In this document: piece by piece, positions 29,548 to 40,236 of the stretch
Position numbering within the stretch: the first letter of the stretch is position 1
How the letters are laid out: each line of letters starts with the position of its first letter
Assembly (NCBI GenBank): GCA_963796055.1
Contig: CAWCKH010000004.1
Span: forward strand, 2,816,001-2,880,000
Length of the DNA: 64,000 bases
Source of the DNA: an uncultured delta proteobacterium
GTDB taxonomy: Bacteria > Myxococcota > Myxococcia > Myxococcales > Myxococcaceae
Direction of reading: 5' to 3'
Position numbers and translations under genes: made by a program
The notes under the pieces: generated by a model
Seen by the model: the letters and a program-made list of their open reading frames with translations, nothing else
What the model was told of the DNA's origin: nothing
Databases searched by the model: none

Positions 29548-29694
29548 CCCGCCTCCACTAACGCCCGGAGTGCCACAGACGACGGCTGCGGCGGCAGGAT
29601 CCTCGATGTCACCGGTCCTCCGCGGCGACGAGCACCCAGCCCGGGGCGAGACGCCCGGTTGACTTTCGGGTCAATCCCGTCGTGTCCTCCCCTC

Positions 29695-30870
29695 ATGGCA
29701 GAGGCCTTCATCATCGATACGGTCAGGACTCCCCGCGGCAAGCGGAAGGGGAGCCTGGCGGGGATTCATGCGGTGGACCTGGCCGCCCACGTCCTGAACG
29801 CGGCGCTCGAGCGCACGGGCGTGCCGGCGGCGCGGGTCGAGGACGTGGTGCTCGGTTGCGTCACCCAGATCGGTGAGCAGGCCTTCGATGTGGCCCGAGG
29901 GGCGGTGCTCGCCGCCGGGCTGCCCGTCTCGGTGCCGGGCAAGACGGTGAACCGGCTGTGCGGGAGCGGTCTCACGGCGGTGGCGGACGTCGCGAACGGG
30001 ATCGTCGCCGGGCAGATCCAGCTGGGGATCGGCGGCGGAGTCGAGTCGATGACCCGCATCCCCATGGGCTCGGATGCGGGATTCGGCGAGGGGCCCACGT
30101 CACCGCGGCTCGCCGAGCGCTTCCCGGACCTCACCCACCAGGGGACTTCGGCGGAGCTCATCGCCCGGACGTGGTCGCTGTCGCGCGGACAGCTGGACGA
30201 GTTCGCTGCCGCCTCCCAGGGCAAGGCAGTGGCCGCGCGGACCGCCGGCTGGTTCCGTCAGGAGATCGTCCCGGTTCCGGTCCAGGACGCCGGCGGCAGC
30301 ACGCGGCTCTTCGCGGACGACGAGCACCCCCGCCCGGGCACGACCGTCGAGACCCTGGCGGCGCTGAAGCCCAGCTTCCGCGAGGACGGCGTCATCCACG
30401 CCGGAAACGCCTCGGGCATCGTGGACGGGGCGGCGGCGGTGGTGGTCGCCTCGGCCGAGGCGGCCCGGGAGCTCGGGCTCCGGCCCCGGGGGCGCATCGT
30501 CACCACGGCGGTGGTCGGCTCCGACCCCGTCTTGATGCTCACCGGTCCCATCCCCTCCAGCCGGCTGGCGCTGCAGCGGGCTGGCTGGACGGTGGATGAC
30601 GTGGACCTCTGGGAGATCAACGAGGCCTTCGCCCCGGTGCCCATCGTAGTCGGCCAGGAGCTGGGAATTCCGCTGGACCGGATCAACGTGCAGGGGGGCG
30701 CCATCGCCCTCGGCCACCCCCTGGGCGCCACCGGGGCGATGCTCCTGGGGACGCTCCTCGGGGCGCTGGAGCGCCGCTCGCTCCGCCGGGGAGCGGTCAC
30801 CCTCTGCATCGGCTACGGGATGGGCATCACCATGCTGGTGGAGCGGGTGGAGCAAGGCCCCCGGAGGTGA
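29695..30870 (+). CDS. Thiolase (acetyl-CoA C-acyltransferase)
   Basis: VNRLCGSG, GGVESM, NEAFA, GGAIALGHPLGATG, LCIGYGMG. Confidence 0.95.
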   Translation: MAEAFIIDTVRTPRGKRKGSLAGIHAVDLAAHVLNAALERTGVPAARVEDVVLGCVTQIGEQAFDVARGAVLAAGLPVSVPGKTVNRLCGSGLTAVADVANGIVAGQIQLGIGGGVESMTRIPMGSDAGFGEGPTSPRLAERFPDLTHQGTSAELIARTWSLSRGQLDEFAAASQGKAVAARTAGWFRQEIVPVPVQDAGGSTRLFADDEHPRPGTTVETLAALKPSFREDGVIHAGNASGIVDGAAAVVVASAEAARELGLRPRGRIVTTAVVGSDPVLMLTGPIPSSRLALQRAGWTVDDVDLWEINEAFAPVPIVVGQELGIPLDRINVQGGAIALGHPLGATGAMLLGTLLGALERRSLRRGAVTLCIGYGMGITMLVERVEQGPRR

Positions 30871-30948
30871 GCCCGAGCGCACCGCGGCCGACACTTCCTG
30901 GCCCCAGGTCGCGTGGCACGCGACCCACGGAGGCACTAGCCTAGAAGG

Positions 30949-31371
30949 GTGGACTTCCGCCCGGCCACAGCGCCCGAGGTCTTCCGGCCGCGGCCGGTGC
31001 TTGCCGCGGCGATGGGCATCGCCGCGCTGCTCTGGCTGTTCGTCCTCGTCTACCTCATGCAATTCGAGGGCGTGCCGGCGAAGACGTTCATCTCCGCCAT
31101 CTTCTTCGTCGTCTTCTTCGGCGTCTCGCTGACCTACTACGCGCGGACCGCCATCGTGGTCGACGGCGGCGGAGTGACCTACCGCGGCCTGGTCCGGACC
31201 GACTACTTCGCCTTCCGGGACATCCTGAAGGTCGACATCCTTCCCGGTCCGGTGACGGTCTACGCGGTCCGGGGCCGGGGGCGGGGGATGCACTTCACGA
31301 GCTTCTTCACCCAGCATCGGCGTCTGATGGAGCTGCTGGTGGAGCGGGCGGGTCTGTCGCCGATGCGCTGA
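30949..31371 (+). CDS. Small membrane protein (two TMs plus bacterial PH-like domain)
   Basis: Two hydrophobic helices, then a beta-rich domain (IVVDGGGVTYRGL); typical codon usage. Confidence 0.7.
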   Translation: MDFRPATAPEVFRPRPVLAAAMGIAALLWLFVLVYLMQFEGVPAKTFISAIFFVVFFGVSLTYYARTAIVVDGGGVTYRGLVRTDYFAFRDILKVDILPGPVTVYAVRGRGRGMHFTSFFTQHRRLMELLVERAGLSPMR

Positions 31372-32083
31372 GCATGGACGCGCCGCGCCCCTGCGCGGCT
31401 CCGCAGGCGTCCCCCTGGTGCGGGGGAGTGAGGGGCGCCGCTCCGGAGCCAGCGCGGTAGTGCAGCAGCGAGCGACCGACGCCGAGGAGGTCGCCGTCCG
31501 TGAGGAGGCTCCCCGGTCGGAGCCACCGTCCGTTGCACCGCGCGCGGTTTCGTCCGCCGAGGTCCCGCACCCGGTGCCGGTCGCCTTCGCGCACGAGCTG
31601 GAGATGCCGCCGCGAGACCGCGCCGTCGTGGAGCTGCACCGAGCAGGCCGGGAGCCGCCCGAGCTCGGGCGCCGGGCCCGCCAGAGGGAAGACGGCGCCG
31701 GCGTCCACGCCCGTCACGCAAAGGAGCGCCGCGGCCGCCGAGCACGCCCAGGCATCCCCGGGCGCGAGCAGCGCGCGAACCAGTGCCACCGTGCCCGCCG
31801 CCGCGAGCGGGGGCTCGATCCAGAGCTGGGCCTCCCTGGACAGCCGCACCCGCTCGCCGGGGAGGAGCCAGCGGCGGAGGCCGGCATCGAGCACCGCGCG
31901 GCCCACCCGTCGGGGTTCGGCGCACCGCACCCAGACGCGGTCGTCGGCGAGGTCCAGCTCCAGAAGGCGCGGCGGCAATCCCGGGAAGCGGATGCCGTCG
32001 TCGTCACCGCCGCCCACCGTCCAGGTCCCGGGCTCCAGCGCGAGCTCCGAGCCCATTCCGCGTGCCTCGAACCGGACGTGCAT
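31307..32083 (-). CDS. FHA domain protein
   Basis: LGRLPAC...DGAVSRRH...DLGGRN...LTDGDLLGVG, plus a degenerate FHA-like N-terminal half. The 3' end overlaps the convergent gene. Confidence 0.75.
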   Translation of the reverse strand: MHVRFEARGMGSELALEPGTWTVGGGDDDGIRFPGLPPRLLELDLADDRVWVRCAEPRRVGRAVLDAGLRRWLLPGERVRLSREAQLWIEPPLAAAGTVALVRALLAPGDAWACSAAAALLCVTGVDAGAVFPLAGPAPELGRLPACSVQLHDGAVSRRHLQLVREGDRHRVRDLGGRNRARCNGRWLRPGSLLTDGDLLGVGRSLLHYRAGSGAAPLTPPHQGDACGAAQGRGASMLSASATDPPAPPAAPSDADAG

Positions 32084-32144
32084 GGCAGGCCTCGGTCGCA
32101 ACGGACGTGCCAGCGTGAGCCGTCGAGCGAGTAGGGTGCGCCGC

Positions 32145-33317
32145 GTGAGTCGTTTCCCTTCGACGACCCTCCTCTGCGTGGCGCTCCTCGTCCCGGCCTG
32201 TCGCGACGAGCAGGCCGGCCCCCGTCCGCGGGCACGGGCGCCGGCGTCCGCGGCGGCGGAGGCGCCGGGCGCGGTGCAGGGCACCTGGGCCGGCGGGGCC
32301 ATCAAGTACCTCGGCACGCGGGTGGAGCGCGGACGGAACGAGCACGGTCAGGACGCGGTTCGCCTCACCCACCGGTTCGAGGCGACCCGGCGGCTCGAGC
32401 CCGGGTGGCAGATCTTCGTCCACCTGGTGGACGCCCGGACCGGGCAGATGCTGGCCAACGCAGACCACCCCCCGCCGATGCCGCTCGAGCAGTGGCCGGT
32501 GGGGCAGCCGGTGCAGGACGTACAGGTCCTCGTGCTGCCGCCTGGCGCGCCGGAGATCCAGGTCCTGCTCGGGTTCTGGCACGACGACCAGCGGCTCCCG
32601 GTGGATCAGCCCGCGGCGCAGGACGGACAGCAGCGGATGCGCGGACCGGTCATCGGTGGCGGTCCCCCCGTGCCCGAGGCGCACGTCCGCCGGACGTCCG
32701 TCCCTCCGAGGCTCGACGGCGTGCTCGACGATGCCGCCTGGCAGGGCGCGACGCCGTTCACCCTGGTGGACAGCCTCGACGGCCGGCCGGCGCCGTTTCG
32801 GACGACCGCACGCCTCGCGTGGGACGACGAGGCGCTGTACGTGGCGTTCGAGTGCGAGGACCCGGACGTCTGGGGCACGTTCAGCAAGCGCGACGAGCCG
32901 CTCTACACGCAGGAGGTGGTGGAGATCTTCCTCGACGCCGACGCCGACGGACGGACCTACGACGAGATCGAGGTGAGCCCCCACAACGTCGTCTTCGACG
33001 CCTACTTCCCGGCACGCCGCCAGGGCATGGACCTGTCGTGGGACTCGGGGCTGCAGAGCGCGGTGAAGGTCTCCGGGACGCTCGACGATGCCTCGGACCG
33101 TGACCAGGGCTGGACGGTGGAGATGCGCATTCCGTTCGCCCGGCTCCACGCCGTGCCGCACCTGCCGCCGCGTCCGGGCGACCGGTGGCGGTTCAACCTG
33201 TACCGGCTCGAGCTCCCCGACCGGAAGCACGCCCAGGGGCAGGCGTTCTCCCCGCTGTTCGTCGGCGACTTCCACGCCGTCGACCGATTCGCCTGGCTCG
33301 TCTTCGACGGCGGCTGA
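32145..33317 (+). CDS. Lipoprotein with CBM9-like (carbohydrate-binding family 9/DOMON-like) domain
   Basis: Lipobox LVPAC; PRLDGVLDDAAW, WDDEALYVAF, EVVEIFLD, WTVEMRIPF, WRFNLYR. Start is uncertain. Confidence 0.8.
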   Translation: MSRFPSTTLLCVALLVPACRDEQAGPRPRARAPASAAAEAPGAVQGTWAGGAIKYLGTRVERGRNEHGQDAVRLTHRFEATRRLEPGWQIFVHLVDARTGQMLANADHPPPMPLEQWPVGQPVQDVQVLVLPPGAPEIQVLLGFWHDDQRLPVDQPAAQDGQQRMRGPVIGGGPPVPEAHVRRTSVPPRLDGVLDDAAWQGATPFTLVDSLDGRPAPFRTTARLAWDDEALYVAFECEDPDVWGTFSKRDEPLYTQEVVEIFLDADADGRTYDEIEVSPHNVVFDAYFPARRQGMDLSWDSGLQSAVKVSGTLDDASDRDQGWTVEMRIPFARLHAVPHLPPRPGDRWRFNLYRLELPDRKHAQGQAFSPLFVGDFHAVDRFAWLVFDGG

Positions 33318-33326
33318 GCAGCCGAC

Positions 33327-33578
33327 TCACCCGGTCCGGAAATCCCACCGGCTCTCGGCCTCGCTCGGCGCGCGCGGGTCGCCCAGGAAGTGGAGGTAGC
33401 CCTGGAGCTCCAGGGTATCGACCACCGACTCGGCCTCCAGCTGGCTGAAGCCGTGCAGGTCCACGAGCGCGTCGCGCATCATCGACTTGCCACGCAGGTA
33501 TCCCACTGGCTCGCCCGGGCCGAGCGCGCGGTGGAGGTCCCGGCTGAGGGCGGCGAGGTCGAGGTCCTCGGGGATCAT
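33327..33578 (-). CDS. Small hypothetical protein (83 aa), coupled to comEC
   Basis: MIPEDLDLAALSRDL...EPVGYLRGKSMMRD...; start overlaps the comEC stop. Confidence 0.7.
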   Translation of the reverse strand: MIPEDLDLAALSRDLHRALGPGEPVGYLRGKSMMRDALVDLHGFSQLEAESVVDTLELQGYLHFLGDPRAPSEAESRWDFRTG

Positions 33579-35998
33579 CTGTGCGACGGTGTACTCGGGG
33601 CGCCCGCGCCGGCAAGCGGCCGGGCCACGAGCCGACCGGCACGCCCCCGGAACGTCTCCCACCGAACGCTGCGCCGATCGAGCACGACGCGGATGGCCCC
33701 GTCGACGTCGGTGCGGAGGATCACCGCCCCGCTCTCCCGCCAGCGCGCCACCACTTCCGGCGCGGGGAGGCCGAAGCGGTTGGCGCGCCCGTCGGAGAAC
33801 AGCGCCAGCCACGCCTGGCTCACGGAGACGAGTCGGGGCGTGCTCGAGGAGCGCGAGCCGTGGTGGGGCACCTTCACCACCGTGCTCTCCAGTGGCGGAA
33901 GCGCCTCCTCGGCCGCGGCCCCGGCATCGCCCGGGAGCAGCACGGAGCGGCCCGCGGCGCTCAGGTGGAGCACCAGGCTGCGGTCGTTGACCGTCCGGAG
34001 AACGCCCGTGTCCCGGGGTGGAGAGAGGACCCGCACCGTCGCTCCGCCGAGCGTCCGGACCTCGCCCGCCGCGAGCCACTCCACCCGCGCGGGTCCGGCC
34101 GCGGCCAGCAGCGCATCCACCAGTGGCCCGCGCTCCACCCCGGCCGGGAGCCAGAGCCGGTCCACCGGGAGCTCGCGCAGCACGGCGAGGAGCCCGAGCG
34201 CGTGGTCCGGATGCGGATGGGACAGCGCCACCACATCGAGCCGCCGGATGCCCCGCTCGCGGAGGTAGGGCAGCACCACCCGTGCACCCGGGTCGATGCC
34301 ATCGGGCACGCCTCCGCCGTCCACCAGGAGGTTCGTCCCGGCAGAGGAGGCGAGGAGCGCGTCGCCGTGACCCACCGGGAGCACGGTGAGCTCGAGGGGC
34401 GCTCGGGGCTCGACGAGGGGTCGGGCGAGCACGGCAGCCACCGCCAGGGCGACGACCCACCCTGAGCGTCGCACGCCCAGCGCCACGCCGAGGAGCCCGA
34501 GCGCGAAGGCCGCCCCCGCCGGCCAGGAGAACGACGGCGAGGGGAGCACCCCGAGCGGCACCGCCGCACCGGCGCCCACCAGGGCCAGCAGCGCCCGGGC
34601 CGCCAGGGACGCGACCAGCAGCGGCGCGGCAGCGAGCGCCGGGGAGAGGCAGAACGCGCCGGCGGTCACCGCGCAGGCGAGGGTGAGGACGGAGGCGACG
34701 GGGAGGGCCAGCACGTTCACCACGCAGCCCACCAGCGAGATGCGATGGAAGGCGGTCGCGACCAGGGGAACGGAGGCCAGGGTGACCGCAGCGCTCGCGG
34801 TGAAGACGCCGAGCAACGCCTCGCGGACCTGCTCCACCGCCCGGCGCCAGCGATGGGGGCACCGGGGGTCCGGCGGTCGCACCGGGACCAGGGCGCGGAG
34901 CCGGGGGGCGAGCAGCACCAGCGCCAGGACGGCGGTGAAGCTGAGCTGGAGCGAGAGGTCCCGGACCGACGCCGGGTCGGCGACGAGGAGGAGGCCGGCG
35001 GCCAGCGCCAGCGCGTTCAGGGCGTCGGTGTGGCGCTGCAGCGCTCGACCGGCGAGGACCAGGGCGAGCATCAGCGCCGAACGGACCGCAGGAGGCTGGT
35101 TGCCGGTGAAGACGACGTAGCCCCAGACGAGCGGCAGCGCGGCGAGGGCCGCCGGCCGGCGCGCGTCGAGCCGCAGGACCAGGGCCGGCACCCCCCGCAG
35201 CATCCCCGCGAGCAGCGCGGCGAGCACCAGCGCGAGCGCGGCCACGTGCAGCCCGCTCACGCTCAGCACGTGGGCCAGCCCGCTGCGGGCGAAGCGGTCC
35301 TCCCACTCGGGCGCGAGCTCCGAGCGCAGCCCCGCGGCGAGCGCGCAGACCAGCGCCGCGGCATCGGCGTCGGCGAGGCGCCCGCGCGTCCACCGCCCGA
35401 AGGCCTCCCGGCGCTCCGACACCCAGCGCCGCCAGTCGTCGGGCGCCGAGAGCGGCACCAGGGAGCCAGGGAGGATCCGGCCGGAGGTCAGAAGCCCCCG
35501 GGCCCGCGCTGCAGCGCCCAGGTCGGGCTGGCCCCACGACTCCGGCCCGACGTCGGCCCGGAGCTGGGTCCGGAGCCTGACCCGCTGTCCGGCCCAGGGA
35601 TGACTCTCGGGGTCGCTCCACCACAAGCGCGTCCGCGCCCTCGCGGTCTGGTCGTCGACGCGGGAGACCTCGAGGACGCCCCGCCCCCCGCGCGCGTGGG
35701 CCTCCGCCGAGGCGAGGCGGCCCTCCAGCAGAACCGGTCTTCCGACGGGGAGTGGGGTGGAGCGTTCCGCCCGCGCGGCGAGCACCGCGCCGGTGAGGAT
35801 CGCGGAGGCGAGAAGCGCGAGGTGCGCCCCCTCTCGGGCCCGCAGGGCGAACGCAATGGTTGCCAGGGCAGCAGCCAGGCAAGCGATCACAGCGGGAGCC
35901 GGACGGGCCAGGGCAGGCAGGGCACTGCCCAGTCCGAGCGCGAGGACGGGAAAGAGGAGCGGGCGGATCCCCAGGTCTTTCCAGCGCCAGCAGCCCAT
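33575..35998 (-). CDS. comEC: DNA internalization competence protein ComEC/Rec2
   Basis: SGLAHVLSVSGLHV competence domain, SLQLSF, and a C-terminal metallo-beta-lactamase domain (VGHGDA, SHPHPDH, NDRSLV, PHHGS). Confidence 0.93.
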   Translation of the reverse strand: MGCWRWKDLGIRPLLFPVLALGLGSALPALARPAPAVIACLAAALATIAFALRAREGAHLALLASAILTGAVLAARAERSTPLPVGRPVLLEGRLASAEAHARGGRGVLEVSRVDDQTARARTRLWWSDPESHPWAGQRVRLRTQLRADVGPESWGQPDLGAAARARGLLTSGRILPGSLVPLSAPDDWRRWVSERREAFGRWTRGRLADADAAALVCALAAGLRSELAPEWEDRFARSGLAHVLSVSGLHVAALALVLAALLAGMLRGVPALVLRLDARRPAALAALPLVWGYVVFTGNQPPAVRSALMLALVLAGRALQRHTDALNALALAAGLLLVADPASVRDLSLQLSFTAVLALVLLAPRLRALVPVRPPDPRCPHRWRRAVEQVREALLGVFTASAAVTLASVPLVATAFHRISLVGCVVNVLALPVASVLTLACAVTAGAFCLSPALAAAPLLVASLAARALLALVGAGAAVPLGVLPSPSFSWPAGAAFALGLLGVALGVRRSGWVVALAVAAVLARPLVEPRAPLELTVLPVGHGDALLASSAGTNLLVDGGGVPDGIDPGARVVLPYLRERGIRRLDVVALSHPHPDHALGLLAVLRELPVDRLWLPAGVERGPLVDALLAAAGPARVEWLAAGEVRTLGGATVRVLSPPRDTGVLRTVNDRSLVLHLSAAGRSVLLPGDAGAAAEEALPPLESTVVKVPHHGSRSSSTPRLVSVSQAWLALFSDGRANRFGLPAPEVVARWRESGAVILRTDVDGAIRVVLDRRSVRWETFRGRAGRLVARPLAGAGAPSTPSHR

Positions 35999-36030
35999 CC
36001 CCCGCCCCCCGTCCAGCCCCGCCCAGAACC

Positions 36031-36490
36031 GTGATTGCAGCCTCCTGGGCGGGTCCTACTGCAAAAGCCGGGCAATCCTCTCTGTCGATCCGTCTGCGGC
36101 CGCCCGCCCCGTGATTGCGGCCGCCTGGCGGGTCCGACTGCAACCCCGCGCATCCTCTCTGTCGATCCGTCTGCGGCCGCCCGCCCCGTGATTGCGGCCG
36201 CCTGGCGGGTCCGACTGCAACCCCGCGCATCCTCTCTGTCGATCCGTCTGCGGCCGCCCGCCCCGTGATTGCGGCCGCCTGGCGGGTCCGACTGCAACCC
36301 CGCGCATCCTCTCTGTCGATCCGTCTGCAGCCGCCCGCCCCGTGATTGCGGCCGCCTGGCGGGTCCGACTGCAACCCCGCGCATCCTCTCTGTCGATCCG
36401 TCTGCGGCCGCCCGCCCCGTGATTGCGGCCGCCTGGCGGGTCCGACTGCAACCCCGCGCATCCTCTCTGTCGATACGTCTGCGGCCGCCC
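36031..36490. repeat. Tandem array of ~6 x 77-bp units
   Basis: Unit GTGATTGCGGCCGCCTGGCGGGTCCGACTGCAACCCCGCGCATCCTCTCTGTCGATCCGTCTGCGGCCGCCCGCCCC starts at 36111, 36188, 36265, 36342 and 36419 (last one truncated). A degenerate 80-nt copy starts at 36031. SNPs at 36329 and 36475; no spacers. Confidence 0.97.
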
Positions 36491-36547
36491 TGACAAAAAT
36501 GGCGCGACAGCCTAGTCGGGGCTGCACCGCCGGGTCAAGACGACGCA

Positions 36548-36576
36548 TTGCACAAAGCGAGAATCCGTGCTAAATT
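36548..36576 (+). promoter_or_regulatory. Sigma70-type promoter of cdnL
   Basis: TTGCAC (36548-36553), 17-bp spacer, TAAATT (36571-36576) with extended -10 TG; GGAGG RBS before GTG 36621. Confidence 0.7.
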
Positions 36577-36620
36577 GTTGGACTTTGCGGCGTTCGAGGC
36601 CGCGAGGAGGCAGCTCCCAA

Positions 36621-37115
36621 GTGCAGACCAGCTTCAAGACGGGCGACAAGGCCGTGTACCCCGGCCAGGGCGTGGGCGAGGTGATGGGCATCGAGCACAC
36701 CGAGGTCGCCGGCCAGCGCCAGTCGTTCTACGTCCTCCGCATCCTGGAGAACGGGATGCGGATCATGATCCCGATCAACAAGGTCGGCTCGGTCGGCCTG
36801 CGGGAGATCATCAGCGAGGACGACGTGAAGCAGGTCTACGCCATCCTCCGGGAGAAGGACATCTCGGTCGACTCCACCACCTGGAACCGGCGGTACCGGG
36901 AGTACATGGAGAAGATCAAGACCGGTTCGGTCTTCGAGATCGCCGAGGTGCTCCGCGACCTGTACCTCCTCAAGGGCGACAAGGACCTGTCCTTCGGGGA
37001 GCGGAAGATGCTCGACACCGCCCGGGCCCTGCTGATCAAGGAGCTCAGCCTCGCCAAGGAGTGCACCGAGGACGAGATCGAGGCCGACCTCCGGAAGATC
37101 TTCAGCATCACCTAG
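36621..37115 (+). CDS. cdnL: CarD/CdnL family RNA-polymerase-binding transcription factor
   Basis: FKTGDKAVYPGQGVGEV, MIPINKV..VGLR, TWNRRYREYMEKIKTG, LSFGERKMLD; no HMGA-like tail, so CdnL rather than myxobacterial CarD. Confidence 0.93.
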   Translation: MQTSFKTGDKAVYPGQGVGEVMGIEHTEVAGQRQSFYVLRILENGMRIMIPINKVGSVGLREIISEDDVKQVYAILREKDISVDSTTWNRRYREYMEKIKTGSVFEIAEVLRDLYLLKGDKDLSFGERKMLDTARALLIKELSLAKECTEDEIEADLRKIFSIT

Positions 37116-37131
37116 GTCGAGGGAGGGCCCC

Positions 37132-37818
37132 TTGGCGCGCCCCCCGAATTCGGCCGAGGAAGCCCGTGACGAGCGGATCCGCCAGCTCGAGCGGAGCACC
37201 CGCCGCCGGGTGACTGGCGTCCAGCTCCCGGTGGCGGTGCTGTGCTTCACCGGAGCGCTCTTCCTGCTCGCGCGCGAGGCGCCGGACGTGGCCTACGTCT
37301 TCGCCAGCCGCGAGCCCATCACCCTCGGCAGCGAGGGGAGCTACCACCTCGACCGCCTGCGGCCGAACGTGTTCGCCCAGGTGCACGGGGTGCCGCTGGG
37401 CACCGCGTTCTACGGTGTGGAGCGTGGGGCGCGCGTCGTGCTGGTCCCGATGCAGGACACGCCGCTGCTGGTGCGCCGGCCGGTCCTCCCCAGCGAGGAC
37501 TGGGTTCCCGGCAAGCGCCCTCCGCCTCCCGATCCGCGGCCGTTCGGCGTGCGCGGGCGGCTGCTCCCGCTGGAGGACGTCGCCGGCTACCGGGACTCGG
37601 CGCCGCAGCTCCGCGGACTTCAGGGACTCCGGCCGGTGGACGGACGACTCTGGGTGCTCCGCGAGGGCGAACGGCCCGGGGAGGACCGGGGCCCGCTGAT
37701 CATCGCCCTGGTGCTGCTCGGCTTCGCCGGGCTGAATGCCGTGCTCGCCGTCCGCGGCGCGCAGGCGATCCTCCAGGATCGCGCGGCCCGTCGCCGGCCC
37801 AATCTGCACTCCGTCTGA
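37132..37818 (+). CDS. Hypothetical membrane protein (two TMs flanking an extracytoplasmic domain)
   Basis: N- and C-terminal hydrophobic helices; lies directly downstream of cdnL. Confidence 0.65.
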   Translation: MARPPNSAEEARDERIRQLERSTRRRVTGVQLPVAVLCFTGALFLLAREAPDVAYVFASREPITLGSEGSYHLDRLRPNVFAQVHGVPLGTAFYGVERGARVVLVPMQDTPLLVRRPVLPSEDWVPGKRPPPPDPRPFGVRGRLLPLEDVAGYRDSAPQLRGLQGLRPVDGRLWVLREGERPGEDRGPLIIALVLLGFAGLNAVLAVRGAQAILQDRAARRRPNLHSV

Positions 37819-37852
37819 GGGTTCGAAGAGGGCGCCGACCGGTCGCGGCGGC

Positions 37853-38584
37853 TCAGCGCGGCGGCGCCTGGGACGCCGGAGGCGAGATGCGCAGCCAGGC
37901 CGGATGGGTCTGGACCGTCCAGAGCGCCAGCGCGGTGGCCAGGAGGAACCCGGCGGTGGCCGCGAGCACCGCGACCCGCACGGGACGCACGGCGGTGTCG
38001 CGCTCCGGCCTGGTCGACCGGCGGCGGGGGCGATCCGTCCGCGCGTTTCCGCCGGGCACCCGGAGCCTCAGGACTGCCGGACCGATGTGGATCCGCTGGC
38101 CTATCTGAAGCTCGCAGGGTCCAGCGAGCCGCTCGTCGTCGAGGAAGGTGCCGTTCTGGCTGCCCAGGTCCTCGAGGAACAGTCGCTCGCCCCGGCGGGT
38201 GAGCCGGGCGTGGCGCCGGCTGATGGAGGCGTGCGGCAACCGGAGGTCGCAGCTGCTCGAGCGGCCGAGGATGAGCGCGCCCTCGCTGATGGGGAGCAGC
38301 TGGCCGGTGCCGGGTCCGTGCTCAGCGTAGAGGAAGATCTCCTGGTTGCCCGGCCCGGCGACGGTGGAGACCATCGACGCCGCTCCGATGGTGTCCCGCC
38401 CTGCGCGACGCTTGCGACCCGGCCGGACCGGATAGGTCGTCACCCGCTGCGGCGCGGGGTCGTCCGCGTTCAGAGGCGTCGCCTCGCGCTCGTCGAACGG
38501 GAGCTCGCCCGTGTCCTCGGAGTCCTTCGTGCCATCCTCGGGGGGAGGTCGCCGCGGAGGTCGCTTGGGGTTGGATGGCGCCAT
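37853..38584 (-). CDS. FHA domain membrane protein
   Basis: ILGRSSSCDLRLPHASISRRHA...EDLGSQNGTF; C-terminal TM helix. Confidence 0.88.
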   Translation of the reverse strand: MAPSNPKRPPRRPPPEDGTKDSEDTGELPFDEREATPLNADDPAPQRVTTYPVRPGRKRRAGRDTIGAASMVSTVAGPGNQEIFLYAEHGPGTGQLLPISEGALILGRSSSCDLRLPHASISRRHARLTRRGERLFLEDLGSQNGTFLDDERLAGPCELQIGQRIHIGPAVLRLRVPGGNARTDRPRRRSTRPERDTAVRPVRVAVLAATAGFLLATALALWTVQTHPAWLRISPPASQAPPR

Positions 38585-38620
38585 GCTCGTTCGCGGGGTC
38601 CCTCATCCCTCGCCCGTGCA

Positions 38621-40129
<1,509 letters not shown>

Positions 40130-40236
40130 ACGGGCTCAGCGTCCCTGCGTGATGCGGATGGTGAAGTCCGCTCGCGCTGTCCAGCCGTCCCCGGGTGTGG
40201 ACGCAGGCCCTCGCCCCGGGGCAGAACGGACCGGGT

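Noticed and set aside
36031..36490. CRISPR array
   Set aside because: Units are contiguous and identical, with no unique spacers, and there are no cas genes in the window.
33327..36548. 1073-aa minus-strand ORF and other repeat-derived ORFs
   Set aside because: Shadow frames of comEC and the array in high-GC DNA; only the last 83 codons look like a real gene.
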